Below, one piece after another: positions 36,568 through 45,729 of a stretch of 64,000 bases of DNA. The notes beneath the pieces were generated by a model. The model was not told where the DNA came from, made no database searches, and saw only the letters and a program-made list of their open reading frames with translations. Origin of the DNA: Phycisphaeraceae bacterium. Its GTDB lineage: Bacteria > Planctomycetota > Phycisphaerae > Phycisphaerales > UBA1924. Location: positions 39,253 to 103,252 of the forward strand of contig JAHBWW010000006.1 of NCBI GenBank assembly GCA_019636795.1, read 5' to 3'. How positions within the stretch are numbered: the stretch's first letter is position 1; the number at the start of each line of letters is the position of its first letter. Both the position numbers and the translations under genes were made by a program.

Positions 36568-36837
36568 ATGGCTCACTCGAAGTCAGCGCAGAAGCGCGTT
36601 CGTCAGAATGAATCGGCTCGTGCTCGCAATCGCTGGCGTCTCCGGACCATGCGCGAAGCGATCAAGTCGTTCCAGACGGCGTGCGCAAGCGGGAGCGCTG
36701 AGGAGGCAGCCAAGGCGTATCAGTCGTGTGCGTCGATCATCGACAAGACAGCGTCCAAAGGCGTGATTCACAAGAATCAGGCCTCGCGTCGCAAGAGCCG
36801 ACTGCACGCACACCTGAAGGCCAAGAATTCGGCCTGA
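36568..36837 (+). CDS. rpsT: 30S ribosomal protein S20
   Basis: MAHSKSAQKRVRQNESARARNR ... IHKNQASRRKSRL. Confidence 0.95.
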   Translation: MAHSKSAQKRVRQNESARARNRWRLRTMREAIKSFQTACASGSAEEAAKAYQSCASIIDKTASKGVIHKNQASRRKSRLHAHLKAKNSA

Positions 36838-36910
36838 CGGGTGGGTTTACGAATGTTTTGCGTGGGTGGTTGAGGTCGCGTCGAGATCACGTTGAGAACA
36901 CGTTGAGATC

Positions 36911-37684
36911 ATGGCCCGACGCTCGACCACAGCACCACATCGACGAAAAAATCGCGAAGATGCGGAACTTGCCGGGTATGCGCGCGCATCAAAGGCGCCG
37001 TGGCAGATTCTGTGCCTGTTGCTGCCGCTGATTGTGGTGTATGAGGTTGGATCGCTGATCTATCTGACCAGTCCGGAGACGGATCAGGTGGCAACAGTTG
37101 AGGCCGACCGGCTGTTGGGAGCCGCATTCGAGCGCTTCGGTGTCACGGGGCTGCACCTGCCGGGGGTTGTGGTCGTAGTTGTTCTGCTGGTGTGGCACCT
37201 GCTGACGCGGGATTCGTGGCGGATTCGGTGGACAGTGCTGCTGGGGATGGTTGCGGAATCGGCGCTGTGGACGTTTCCGCTCCTTGTAATTGCGGTGCTG
37301 CTGGACCCCACAGCCCTGGCGCAAGGGACCGATGTGCGGTCGTGGGATCTGGGGGCGCGGATCACAATCTCAATCGGTGCAGGACTATATGAAGAACTCC
37401 TGTTCCGAATGATCATCATCGCGGCAGCCCACTTCGCCCTTGTCGATCTCCTCCGCGTCCCAGAACGAGCCGGTGCCATCGCAGCCGTTGCCATCTCCGC
37501 CGTCCTCTTCGGCTGGTATCACCTCCCAGCCGGGATGGGGTTCGATCTGGGCTGGTTTTTGTTTTATTGTGCTGCTGGTGCGTATTTCGGCGTGGTGTAC
37601 CTGCTTCGCGATTTCGGGATCGTTGTCGCCACTCACGCAATTTATGACCTGATCGTCCTGGTGCTGCTGGCAGGTGGCAGTTGA
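36911..37684 (+). CDS. CPBP-family intramembrane glutamic endopeptidase (CAAX protease-like)
   Basis: GLYEELLFRMII (EExxxR), FGWYHL, ATHAIYDL. Confidence 0.85.
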   Translation: MARRSTTAPHRRKNREDAELAGYARASKAPWQILCLLLPLIVVYEVGSLIYLTSPETDQVATVEADRLLGAAFERFGVTGLHLPGVVVVVVLLVWHLLTRDSWRIRWTVLLGMVAESALWTFPLLVIAVLLDPTALAQGTDVRSWDLGARITISIGAGLYEELLFRMIIIAAAHFALVDLLRVPERAGAIAAVAISAVLFGWYHLPAGMGFDLGWFLFYCAAGAYFGVVYLLRDFGIVVATHAIYDLIVLVLLAGGS

Positions 37685-37916
37685 GGTGCCAGGGGAGGGT
37701 TGACTGGAGCCGCAAGACCCCCTAAAGTGGGGTGTTGATGTTGGGGAAGATGTGGAAGTTGTGTGGAAGGGTATGGACAACGGCTCCTGAATCCGATAGA
37801 TTAGTGGTGGAGCCACCTTTTGTATTGGGAGGACCGATGACCGTGCGCACGGGCATCGGGTGAGTGTTTGGCTGTCAGGGTGGACAGCCTTGGCGATCGT
37901 GTGCTAGGGGCTTGTC

Positions 37917-38219
37917 ATGGGTCTGGACTTTGCGATTGACGAGTTGTACGCGACGGGGTGGTCAGCGCTGGACACGGTGGGCTGCGAGCACCACACCGAT
38001 GGCCGATCGTTTCCTCGATCGAGCCGGGTCAGTGCAGAGTTCGAGTCTGCTGGTTTCGACTTTTCGGTGAGGCACATTCAGTTGTTCGACTGCTATCGCG
38101 CAGAATGGCGCGAACGTGGCGGCAGTGCCGCCGGTGCAGTCGTCGGCCAGACCGAATCCGAAGCCTCCGTCTATGCACTCAGCCAACTCCGCCGCAACAT
38201 GTCAACCGCGACCGTGTGA
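37917..38219 (+). CDS. hypothetical protein (100 aa)
   Basis: ATG start with balanced amino-acid composition, unlike the neighbouring artefact ORFs. No motif recognised. Confidence 0.4.
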   Translation: MGLDFAIDELYATGWSALDTVGCEHHTDGRSFPRSSRVSAEFESAGFDFSVRHIQLFDCYRAEWRERGGSAAGAVVGQTESEASVYALSQLRRNMSTATV

Positions 38220-38332
38220 ACGATCGGCGTAATAGCGCCATCAACATATCCGCCGCATCGAGAAGCGCGGAGGGCGATTTGACCCTCTGTCGGCTGCGGC
38301 TACTGTTGTGCGAAACGAAGTCCGCATTGTCG

Positions 38333-38407
38333 GGCCCCATCGTCTAGTCTGGTCCAGGACGTCAGGTTCTCATCCTGAAAACTGGGGTTCGAATCCCCAT
38401 GGGGTCA
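38333..38407 (+). tRNA. tRNA-Glu (anticodon CTC)
   Basis: GGCCCCA-TC-GTCT-AGTCTGGTCC-AGGAC-G-TCAGG-TTCTCAT-CCTGA-AAAC-TGGGG-TTCGAAT-CCCCA-TGGGGTC-A. D-arm and T-arm closely resemble bacterial tRNA-Glu. Confidence 0.9.
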
Positions 38408-38593
38408 TTTCCACCAAGCCTCGCCCCGTTTCGCGAGCCGCGCTCATGCATCGAGCGCCACATCCCCCCGGCCAGCAAATCTCATTAAGACACGTCCCAA
38501 CGAGAAGAGTGTGAAGGCCCCTTCGCCGGGTGCCCGTCGTTATCCCATCAACCCTCACCATCTTTTCTGGCCACCGGGCTTGACGTGGCCGCA

Positions 38594-39070
38594 ATGTTCG
38601 CTATTCTTTACATCATGTCAACAACAATAGACGCCGCGTCAACAATGCCGTACCAAGAAAAGATCGCCTGGCTCTCTCTCGCCGGGATGATGCTGGCTTA
38701 CATCCCTTACTTCACCTGGGTGGCCGTCGTGCAACCGTCAAACCAACTTCCAGACCTCAAAACCATGAAGGTCTTCGCAGCCGCTGCGCTCGTCCATGCC
38801 GCGACCTCAATCGCGGGGCGGATCGTGCTCTTCATGCGCTCGCCCGACGACGCCAGAGCACCACTTGATGAACGCGACCAGGCCATCGCGCAGCGAAGCA
38901 TCAGCCTCGCCTACTGGCTCCTGATCGTCGGCATCATCCAGGTCGGCTGCGTCATGCCGTTCATCACTGGCGGCTGGCCCCTCATCAACGTCGCGATCGC
39001 CACGATCGTGCTGGCCGAAACAGTGCGATATGGCATTGTGATTGTCAGTTATCGCCGCTGGTGGGGGTGA
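38594..39070 (+). CDS. four-TM membrane protein (partner of the downstream XRE regulator; DUF2178-like arrangement)
   Basis: Hydrophobic segments IAWLSLAGMMLAYIPYF, VFAAAALVHAATSIAG, LAYWLLIVGIIQVGCV, LINVAIATIVLAE. The stop lies 3 nt before the regulator ATG. Confidence 0.55.
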   Translation: MFAILYIMSTTIDAASTMPYQEKIAWLSLAGMMLAYIPYFTWVAVVQPSNQLPDLKTMKVFAAAALVHAATSIAGRIVLFMRSPDDARAPLDERDQAIAQRSISLAYWLLIVGIIQVGCVMPFITGGWPLINVAIATIVLAETVRYGIVIVSYRRWWG

Positions 39071-39073
39071 TGA

Positions 39074-39367
39074 ATGGACAAACTCCGAATCGTCAACGAC
39101 ATTCGAACACTGCGATTCCTCTCTGGCGAAATGACACAAACCCAGCTGGGCCATCGCGTGGGACTAACGCGACAGACCATCGCAGCGATCGAATCCGGCA
39201 AGTACTCGCCATCCCTCGAAGCCGCATTCCGAATCGCAGAGGTATTCGGCAAGCGCATAGATGAAGTCTTTCGACACGAATCACCCGACGTCAAACCCGA
39301 CGTCAAACCCGACACCAAACGCGATGACAGCGGGCGACATGCCCCCGCCGCTTCAACGCGGGCATAA
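39074..39367 (+). CDS. XRE-family helix-turn-helix transcriptional regulator
   Basis: QTQLGHRVGLTRQTIAAIESGKYSPSLEAAFRIAEVF. The tail has a short PDVK repeat. Confidence 0.85.
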   Translation: MDKLRIVNDIRTLRFLSGEMTQTQLGHRVGLTRQTIAAIESGKYSPSLEAAFRIAEVFGKRIDEVFRHESPDVKPDVKPDTKRDDSGRHAPAASTRA

Positions 39368-39804
39368 TCGCCAGCCCGGTGCCGTGTGCATACGTGTGAG
39401 TGGGGACGTGGCACCGACTGCAAGCCATGATTCATCCCCCCGTGCCACCCGCCTCCAGTCAGGACTCAGAGCGCGCCAGTCACGACTTGGAGAGTTCCAG
39501 TCATGACTGGAGGAGGGCCATTCGCCCACTCACTATCCACAATTCGGCCCTGGCGCGGTCAGGAACGCGGTTTTGCCCCGCCCGGCTCCCCAGAACTGAA
39601 ATCGGAAGCCCGCCAGAAGCCGCAGGCACCCCAATCGGCGGTATTCACACGGTTCAAGTTAGGAGACATCGGGGCGCTCTGGCTGGAGCCCAACCCTGAC
39701 GGCGCGGCACCGACCGCAATCGCTGATCTCATGCCCCCGAACACCGTCAGCCATGTCTCCTGTCTATACACAAAGCCGCGGTCCGATGGCACGACCCCAA
39801 GCAA

Positions 39805-41025
39805 TTATCTCGTACCGTCGGTGCTGCCCGCCTGCACAGCCGGATCCCGAATCTCCCCCGCAATGGCGGCGACTTCCCGCAGAATGCCGCGCGGCGGTCG
39901 CTGCAGATCCAGCGTGCGAACCCGCACGTTCCGAGCCGCGCCTTCGATGACGTGCGTGACCGAGGTCAATCCGGCATCCGCAGCGTAGATGAGCATCCCG
40001 GACTGCAAGCCAGTCGCGATGAGATACACGAGCATCTGGTACACGTCGGCGTTCTGGTAGCCAGCCGCACTAAGCCGCTTGTATTTCGCATCGCCCACCC
40101 AGAAGATGGTGCCATTCGAGATCAGACTCAGGTCAGGCTTGAGTGGAATGCGTTCCGCAGCATCAAGTCGGAGACGCGGTGACTTATCCGGGAACTCCGC
40201 GAGCGAACATCCAAGCGCTTCTCGCAGAGCCACGCGGAGAAACATCTCGAATACGGCGTTCATGTCGACGAGAAAAGCGTCAGCTCGACGGATGCCGCCC
40301 CCGCAATCAACCGATGCCGAGCGAAGAACCAGCCGGGCGATTCGTAGAGCGGGATCGTAGTGCCGGTTCAACTGCGTGATCATTGGTTCGGGGATGGTGT
40401 GCCTTTGGTAGTGACACAGTTCCACGCCTCCGAAGAGCCTGGCGGCCCGCTGGATCTCATGCTTGATTTTTGAGGACCGCAATGGGAGACGGCGGAGACA
40501 GGCGAGAGCACTAAACAGGATCCGATTCTCGACGATGTCTGTCGTGAAGAGGTCGTGCTCAATCTCGATGGGCGGTGCTTGTCCAAGACGCTGACTCAAC
40601 TGCTCGGAAAAGCGAATTCGACCGCGGGGTGCCGAGAGTGACTCCTCATGCGACCGGTAGCCGGCAAGAAGTCCTCGCCTTGTCGCCCGCTCGATGTTGC
40701 GGCACAAGACAGCAGCGACAAGGTCCATCAGCGTGGCATCGTCTTTCCACGCCGTCTCCATTGGGGACCATTTCACGCGGTCCGCCGCGTACGAGACAAG
40801 GAAGACCACCGAGGACATCGGCATCTTGGGCTGGATCTCGATGGTGACCGATGAGAGCTGAACCACACCGATATGCTGATCCGGTGTAAGATCGACTCGC
40901 CCGGGCAACCCGATCGATGGCTCTATCCGAAGGGTGGGATGCGCGCGGCGGAGCATCGCAACCTCATCGGAGTTGAGGTGCAGCCCAGTGGCGGTGACGT
41001 ACTCAGTCAGCGTCAGACGACGCAT
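39805..41025 (-). CDS. mcrC: McrC-like restriction endonuclease subunit
   Basis: FLVDMNAVFEMFLRVAL and WVGDAKYK (PD-(D/E)xK core as in McrC). Directly downstream of, and overlapping, the McrB-like gene. The track start 41049 is TTG; ATG at 41025. Confidence 0.8.
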   Translation of the reverse strand: MRRLTLTEYVTATGLHLNSDEVAMLRRAHPTLRIEPSIGLPGRVDLTPDQHIGVVQLSSVTIEIQPKMPMSSVVFLVSYAADRVKWSPMETAWKDDATLMDLVAAVLCRNIERATRRGLLAGYRSHEESLSAPRGRIRFSEQLSQRLGQAPPIEIEHDLFTTDIVENRILFSALACLRRLPLRSSKIKHEIQRAARLFGGVELCHYQRHTIPEPMITQLNRHYDPALRIARLVLRSASVDCGGGIRRADAFLVDMNAVFEMFLRVALREALGCSLAEFPDKSPRLRLDAAERIPLKPDLSLISNGTIFWVGDAKYKRLSAAGYQNADVYQMLVYLIATGLQSGMLIYAADAGLTSVTHVIEGAARNVRVRTLDLQRPPRGILREVAAIAGEIRDPAVQAGSTDGTR

Positions 41026-42769
41026 CTTCGTCCTCCGCTTGATCGGCAACGACGTCGTCAGAGGTAACCCGATCTCTCATAGTGTCGTATCGAAACTGGC
41101 TCATCTCACTGGGGTTATCGAAGAACCGATCGGCGAGTGCCGGCATGACCGAGTGGTCCCAGATCTGCTTGGCCCACTCCTCGGTCAGTGCTCTCGGATC
41201 GTCGGTCAGGAAGTGGCTTGGGCCAATTGCTGCGTGCCGATCGTCCACAATCTTGTTCACGCAATCGATCATGTCTGCGAGGTAGACCATGTCTGGCGCG
41301 TTGATGTCAAGGAAGCGTTTAAGGAGTCCATCAATGGGTTTCTCGCCAGGCACGAGATCGATGAAACGGAACCTCCGACGCAGCGCCATGTCGAGCAAGG
41401 CGATTGAGCGATCGGCGGTGTTCATTGTCGCGATGATCAGGAGGTTTCGCGGCAGGCGGAACGGGGCTTCGGAGTACTGGAGCGTGATCGCCTCGTCGCG
41501 GTACTCCAGCAGGAAGAGCAGCTCTCCGAATACCTTGGCGATGTTGCCCCGGTTGATCTCGTCGATGAGCAACACGAAGCGGGCGTCGGGCTCAGCCGCT
41601 GCGCGTATTGCAATCCGCTTGAGTGGTCCGTCCTTGACCTCGAAGTGGTTCGGACCAGCCGGGCGAAAGCCCTCAACAAAATCCTCGTACGCATAGGACG
41701 GATGAAACTGGACGATGGTCACCCGATCCGATGTGCCCGCAAGCGACTCTGCCATCTTGCGAGCGATGAAGGTCTTGCCAGTACCAGGAGGGCCCTGAAT
41801 AATGATCTGGCCCTTCTCGACGAGCAATGCTGCCCAACGCGACAGGGTGTCCGTCGGTTCCAGCATGAGGGTTTCTGCCAGATTGTCGAGCGACTCAATC
41901 ACAGCCGGAGCGTCGCTTGCCGACAGACCTGGACCGGGCTGCGTGATCTTTGGGGATTCGCCGTCTGACTGCTTCTTCGGCTTCGGTTCCTTGGGCTCCT
42001 TCCACTGCTGAATGAAGGGCTGGCGGTAGAAGTGAAAGCCGGCCCCAGCTTCCTTTTCCAGTGCATTTCGGATGACAAGCAAGTCGCGGTCGATGTTCTC
42101 GGTTGCTCCATCTGGCAACAAGTGCATAAAGGTACTTTGGATGGCCTTCTTGTCATTGCGCGATGAGATGTTCTCGAAAGTGTCTGGGAACGCGATGTAC
42201 AGCCAAGCCTCGCGCATCGGCTGGAATGCCTGCAGCGAAGTCTTGAGTCCAAGGACGTCTTCGCGGAACGCCCACGGATCCTCAAGCAGGCGCGTCCGTT
42301 CCGGTTCCAGGAGCTCATGCCAGTGGAGCAGATACTCGTTTACCCAAGCCAGATGCCAAGGTCGGTGCTGGTTGAAACTCTGGTCTCCCGCATAGCCCCT
42401 GGCACCTTCGACCGCCCATTCGGGCACCTCGACAGGCCGATCGCACCAAGCCAGCACCTCGCGGACGTTCTCGATCTTCTTCGGCGCGCCGGTCTGGGTC
42501 GTGAAGATTTGTTGGACGTACATCAACTCTGCAGCGAGTTGCATCGTGTCGTCATCTGCACCGTCGAGCTGATGGCGATACTTGTTGAGGAACGTCCCTT
42601 CCCCTTCATCGAATCGCTGGACAAACATCTCGTGGTGCCGCTGGAGATTCCGCGCCGTCCAGATCTTCCGCTCCGGAGTAAAGAGACTGCCAAAGCCGAC
42701 CAGCGCGGTCTCCCGTACTCGACGGAGAGCTTCGTAGCAAGCGTCTGAACAACCGTTTAGCTTCGCCAT
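41003..42769 (-). CDS. mcrB: McrB-like AAA+ GTPase restriction subunit with large unassigned N-terminal domain
   Basis: IIIQGPPGTGKTFIARKMAE (Walker A), FVLLIDEINRGNIAKVFGELLFLLEYRD (Walker B plus McrB signature), LLIIATMNTADRS. ATG 42769 (MAKLNG). Confidence 0.85.
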   Translation of the reverse strand: MAKLNGCSDACYEALRRVRETALVGFGSLFTPERKIWTARNLQRHHEMFVQRFDEGEGTFLNKYRHQLDGADDDTMQLAAELMYVQQIFTTQTGAPKKIENVREVLAWCDRPVEVPEWAVEGARGYAGDQSFNQHRPWHLAWVNEYLLHWHELLEPERTRLLEDPWAFREDVLGLKTSLQAFQPMREAWLYIAFPDTFENISSRNDKKAIQSTFMHLLPDGATENIDRDLLVIRNALEKEAGAGFHFYRQPFIQQWKEPKEPKPKKQSDGESPKITQPGPGLSASDAPAVIESLDNLAETLMLEPTDTLSRWAALLVEKGQIIIQGPPGTGKTFIARKMAESLAGTSDRVTIVQFHPSYAYEDFVEGFRPAGPNHFEVKDGPLKRIAIRAAAEPDARFVLLIDEINRGNIAKVFGELLFLLEYRDEAITLQYSEAPFRLPRNLLIIATMNTADRSIALLDMALRRRFRFIDLVPGEKPIDGLLKRFLDINAPDMVYLADMIDCVNKIVDDRHAAIGPSHFLTDDPRALTEEWAKQIWDHSVMPALADRFFDNPSEMSQFRYDTMRDRVTSDDVVADQAEDEDASSDAD

Positions 42770-42870
42770 GTGGTCCTTTCTCTGACGTATGGTACATGCC
42801 ATGGAGGCGGGCGGTTGGGGGTCCGGGGGGTCGCGGGTCTGGCACGTTGAGTTGCCGCATATCCTCACTC

Positions 42871-43749
42871 ATGACCAAGCCTCATCCCGGCACTCTTCTC
42901 CGCTCCGCCATGGCTTCCGGAGTCGTCGCCGCGCCCGGAGCTTTCAATGCTCTGGCGGCACGCGCGGTTGCACGCGCCGGGTTCAACGCCTGTTACGTCT
43001 CCGGGGCCGCGACCAGCGTCTCGGCCGGCGTGCCCGATGTCGGGCTGCTCTCGCTCGAAGCCTTCTGCCGCACCATCCGCGACGTCGCCGACGGCAGCGG
43101 CCTGCCCGTCATCGCCGATGCCGACACCGGTTTCGGCGAAGAAGAGATGGTCCGCCGGACCGTCATCGACTATCACCGCGCCGGGGCCGCCGGGCTGCAT
43201 CTCGAAGACCAGGTCTTCCCCAAACGCTGCGGCCATCTCGACGGCAAGACGCTCGTCGGCGTCGAACACTGCGCCAGCAAGATCGCGTGGGCGGCCGAAG
43301 CGGCGCGGGCGTGCAGCGGCGGGGCGTTCATCGTCATCGCGCGGACCGATGCGGCCGGGGTCGAAGGCTTCGACGCGGCCGTCGCGCGCGCGAAGGTCTA
43401 CCGCCAGGCCGGGGCGGACATGATCTTCCCCGAAGGCCTGCACAGCGAAGACGAGTTCGCGCGCTTCGCCGAGGCGCTGCGGCCGACGGGCGCACTGCTG
43501 CTGGCCAACATGACCGAGTTCGGCAAGTCGCCACTGATTCCGCTGGCGCGCCTCGGCGCGCTGGGCTACGACCTGGTGATCTATCCGGTGACGCTGCTGC
43601 GCATCGCGATGAAGGCGGTGGCCGATGCGCTGGGCGTGCTGCGCGACAGCGGCAGCGCCGAGGGGCTGCTGGAGCGGATGCAGACGCGGGCCGAGCTCTA
43701 CGACCTGATCGGCTACACGCCCGGCGAGCCGTGGGAGTTTCGGGCGTAA
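42871..43749 (+). CDS. isocitrate lyase/PEP mutase family enzyme (methylisocitrate lyase PrpB-like)
   Basis: GAFNALAARAVARAGFNACYVSGAA, ADADTGFG, HLEDQVFPKRCGHLDGK. Confidence 0.85.
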   Translation: MTKPHPGTLLRSAMASGVVAAPGAFNALAARAVARAGFNACYVSGAATSVSAGVPDVGLLSLEAFCRTIRDVADGSGLPVIADADTGFGEEEMVRRTVIDYHRAGAAGLHLEDQVFPKRCGHLDGKTLVGVEHCASKIAWAAEAARACSGGAFIVIARTDAAGVEGFDAAVARAKVYRQAGADMIFPEGLHSEDEFARFAEALRPTGALLLANMTEFGKSPLIPLARLGALGYDLVIYPVTLLRIAMKAVADALGVLRDSGSAEGLLERMQTRAELYDLIGYTPGEPWEFRA

Positions 43750-43815
43750 ACCCGATCGCGCGCGGGCGGTTGTCGCGGCTACAGTCCGGTCCATTCATGA
43801 GAAAGGACCGACTGG

Positions 43816-44913
43816 ATGTTCAACCCGCTTGCTGATATCACTCGCATTACTGCTGGCCGCACCCGCTCGATCTGTGCTGAGAACCCCAAGGGCAAGAAGG
43901 GGGGCGGCGCGCAGGCCAAGGTCGGCGATGATCAACATTGCACCGAGGCGGCGAGCGAGCTGGGCAAGGGCTGGAAGGTGCGGCCTTGCCTGAAGAACTT
44001 CGCGCCCGGGCAGACGCTGACGCTGGCCGACATCGAGGGGCCGGGGGTGATCCAGCACATCTGGTGTACGGTGCTGCAGGGCGTACATCGGCATATTGCG
44101 CTGGAAGTGTTTTATGATGATGCGAAGGAGCCGAGCATTCGCTGTCCGCTGGGCGATTTCTTCGCCAACGGGGTCAATGGCAAGGCGCTGGTGAACTCGG
44201 CGACGGTGGTGGTGGCGCCGATGGGCGGGCAGAACTCGTATTGGCCGATGCCGTTTCGCAAGCGGATACGGATCACGGTGCGCAACGACGGGCCGGAGAT
44301 GATTCCGGACTTCTTTTATCAGATTACGTATGCCGAGCAGGAGGTCGGGGCCGATGCGGGGCTGCTGCACGTGGCGTGGAACCGGAGCCTGACGACGCGC
44401 CAGAATCCTGAACACGTGATTCTCGAAGGCATCAAGGGCAAGGGGCACTACGTCGGGACGTACCTGGTGTGGAATCAGTTGAGTTCGTGCTGGTGGGGCG
44501 AGGGGGAAGTGAAGTTCTTCATCGACGGCGACAAGCACGACGCGCCGACGATCTGCGGGACGGGGACGGAGGACTATTTTGGCGGGGCGTGGGGGTTTGT
44601 GATGGATCATGATGATCCGGCGCTGCCGCCACAGGTGTATTCGACGCCGTACCTTGGCTATTGCCAGTTCGAGGAGGGGTACAAGAAGAAGTGGGGCCCG
44701 CGCGTGCCGGCGCATGGTTTGTATCGGTGGCATCTGCCCGACCCGGTGCGGTTTGCCAGGGATCTGCGCGTGACGGTGCAGGCGCTGGGGTGGTACGAGA
44801 CGAAGAAGTATCAGCCACTGACCGACGACATCGCCTCGACGGCGTTCTGGTATCAGGCCAAGGCGATCGGGGCGCCGAAGTTGCCGGCGCTGAATGAGCG
44901 GCTGCCGCGGTGA
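43816..44913 (+). CDS. DUF2961 / GH172-family protein
   Basis: 365 aa. ICAENPKG N-terminus and GEGEVKFFIDGD...GTGTEDYFGGAWG motif, recalled for DUF2961. Confidence 0.75.
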   Translation: MFNPLADITRITAGRTRSICAENPKGKKGGGAQAKVGDDQHCTEAASELGKGWKVRPCLKNFAPGQTLTLADIEGPGVIQHIWCTVLQGVHRHIALEVFYDDAKEPSIRCPLGDFFANGVNGKALVNSATVVVAPMGGQNSYWPMPFRKRIRITVRNDGPEMIPDFFYQITYAEQEVGADAGLLHVAWNRSLTTRQNPEHVILEGIKGKGHYVGTYLVWNQLSSCWWGEGEVKFFIDGDKHDAPTICGTGTEDYFGGAWGFVMDHDDPALPPQVYSTPYLGYCQFEEGYKKKWGPRVPAHGLYRWHLPDPVRFARDLRVTVQALGWYETKKYQPLTDDIASTAFWYQAKAIGAPKLPALNERLPR

Positions 44914-45385
44914 GTTGGGAGAGCGCGGGGGCGTGCGTGGGGGCTTGCGTGCCGGGCGGTTGTGTGCCGGGCGTGTTGGGCGAGACGCACAGTGATCTGA
45001 AGAGCCGTCCTGCGGCGGAGATGGCGCGGGTGTGGGTCTGGCGATCGCGCGGGGTGTCGGTGGGCGCGGTCTGAAGAAGATCGACCAGTGCGCTGACGGC
45101 GAGCGATGCAAGTTCGGCGGCCTGGACGCGGGCGCGGGCGATGGCGGCGCGCTCGACGAGGGCGAGCTTGTCCTGGATGTGGGGGAGTTCGAGCCAGCGG
45201 GCGATGATGGTGACGGAGATGTTGAACTCGGCGGCGATCTCGGGGAGCGGGAGGCTTGAACGCAGAAGCGTGCTGAAGAGTTCGGACTCGCAGACGTGAG
45301 GCGGGAGGGGTGAAGTCGAGATCGGGTGATCGGGCGCGGCTCGTGAGGCGCAGGGTGTGTCGTGTGGTGCGATCATGAAGTGCAT
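44519..45385 (-). pseudogene. HTH-containing ORF whose reading frame runs 394 nt antisense into the GH172 gene (possible decayed or fused gene)
   Basis: Only the N-terminal ~110 aa look protein-like (LPLPEIAAEFNISVTIIARWLELPHIQDKLALVERAAIARARV). The rest is Pro/Thr/Ala/Arg-rich, and no stop occurs before 44519. Confidence 0.3.
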
Positions 45386-45496
45386 GATGCACACCTGCGG
45401 GGGAAATGCAAGAGGGAAGCGTGGAAGGGACGGAATGTTGCGCGCGCGGGTGGGAGATGCGGAGGGAATTGTGGGCAGCGGGGAGGTGGGATGGGG

Positions 45497-45594
45497 GTTG
45501 TTGGCAGGGGTGTTACAAGAGACCAAGACACACCGACCGCTCAGAGCCGCGGATCGGTGGCACGGGGATCGACGGTTTTGGTCGGTGTCACCTG
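45497..45594 (+). repeat. REP-like double-hairpin element, copy 1 (with 5' extension TTGTTGGCAGGGGTGTTACAAGAGACCAAGA)
   Basis: CACACCGACCGCTCAGAGCCGCGGaTCGGTGGCACGGGGATCGACGGTTTTGGTCGGTGTCACC. One base is inserted in the first stem. Confidence 0.9.
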
Positions 45595-45625
45595 CCTATC
45601 CTGCCCGCAACAAGAAGCCAAAGGG

Positions 45626-45690
45626 CACACCGACCGCTCAGAGCCGCGGTCGGTGGCACGGGGGATCGACGGTTTTGGTCGGTGCCACCC
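45626..45690 (+). repeat. REP-like element, copy 2
   Basis: CACACCGACCGCTCAGAGCCGCGGTCGGTGGCACGGGGGATCGACGGTTTTGGTCGGTGCCACC. Stem 1 is CACCGACCGC/GCGGTCGGTG; stem 2 is GGTGGCAC/GTGCCACC. Confidence 0.9.
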
Positions 45691-45729
45691 GCCATCACCA
45701 TTATTGAGCACGTCAATCTCCCATAAATC

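Noticed and set aside
38408-39805. Integrated prophage or integrative element at tRNA-Glu
   Set aside because: I found no integrase or recombinase gene, no phage structural genes, and no direct repeat of the tRNA 3' end in the segment. I retain only the weaker claim of a composition-shifted accessory segment.
43795-45111. 438-aa minus-strand ORF and overlapping 309/154-aa ORFs across the prpB-like and GH172 genes
   Set aside because: They are Arg/Pro-rich antisense frames. The plus-strand genes have clear family motifs (KRCGH; GTGTEDYF).
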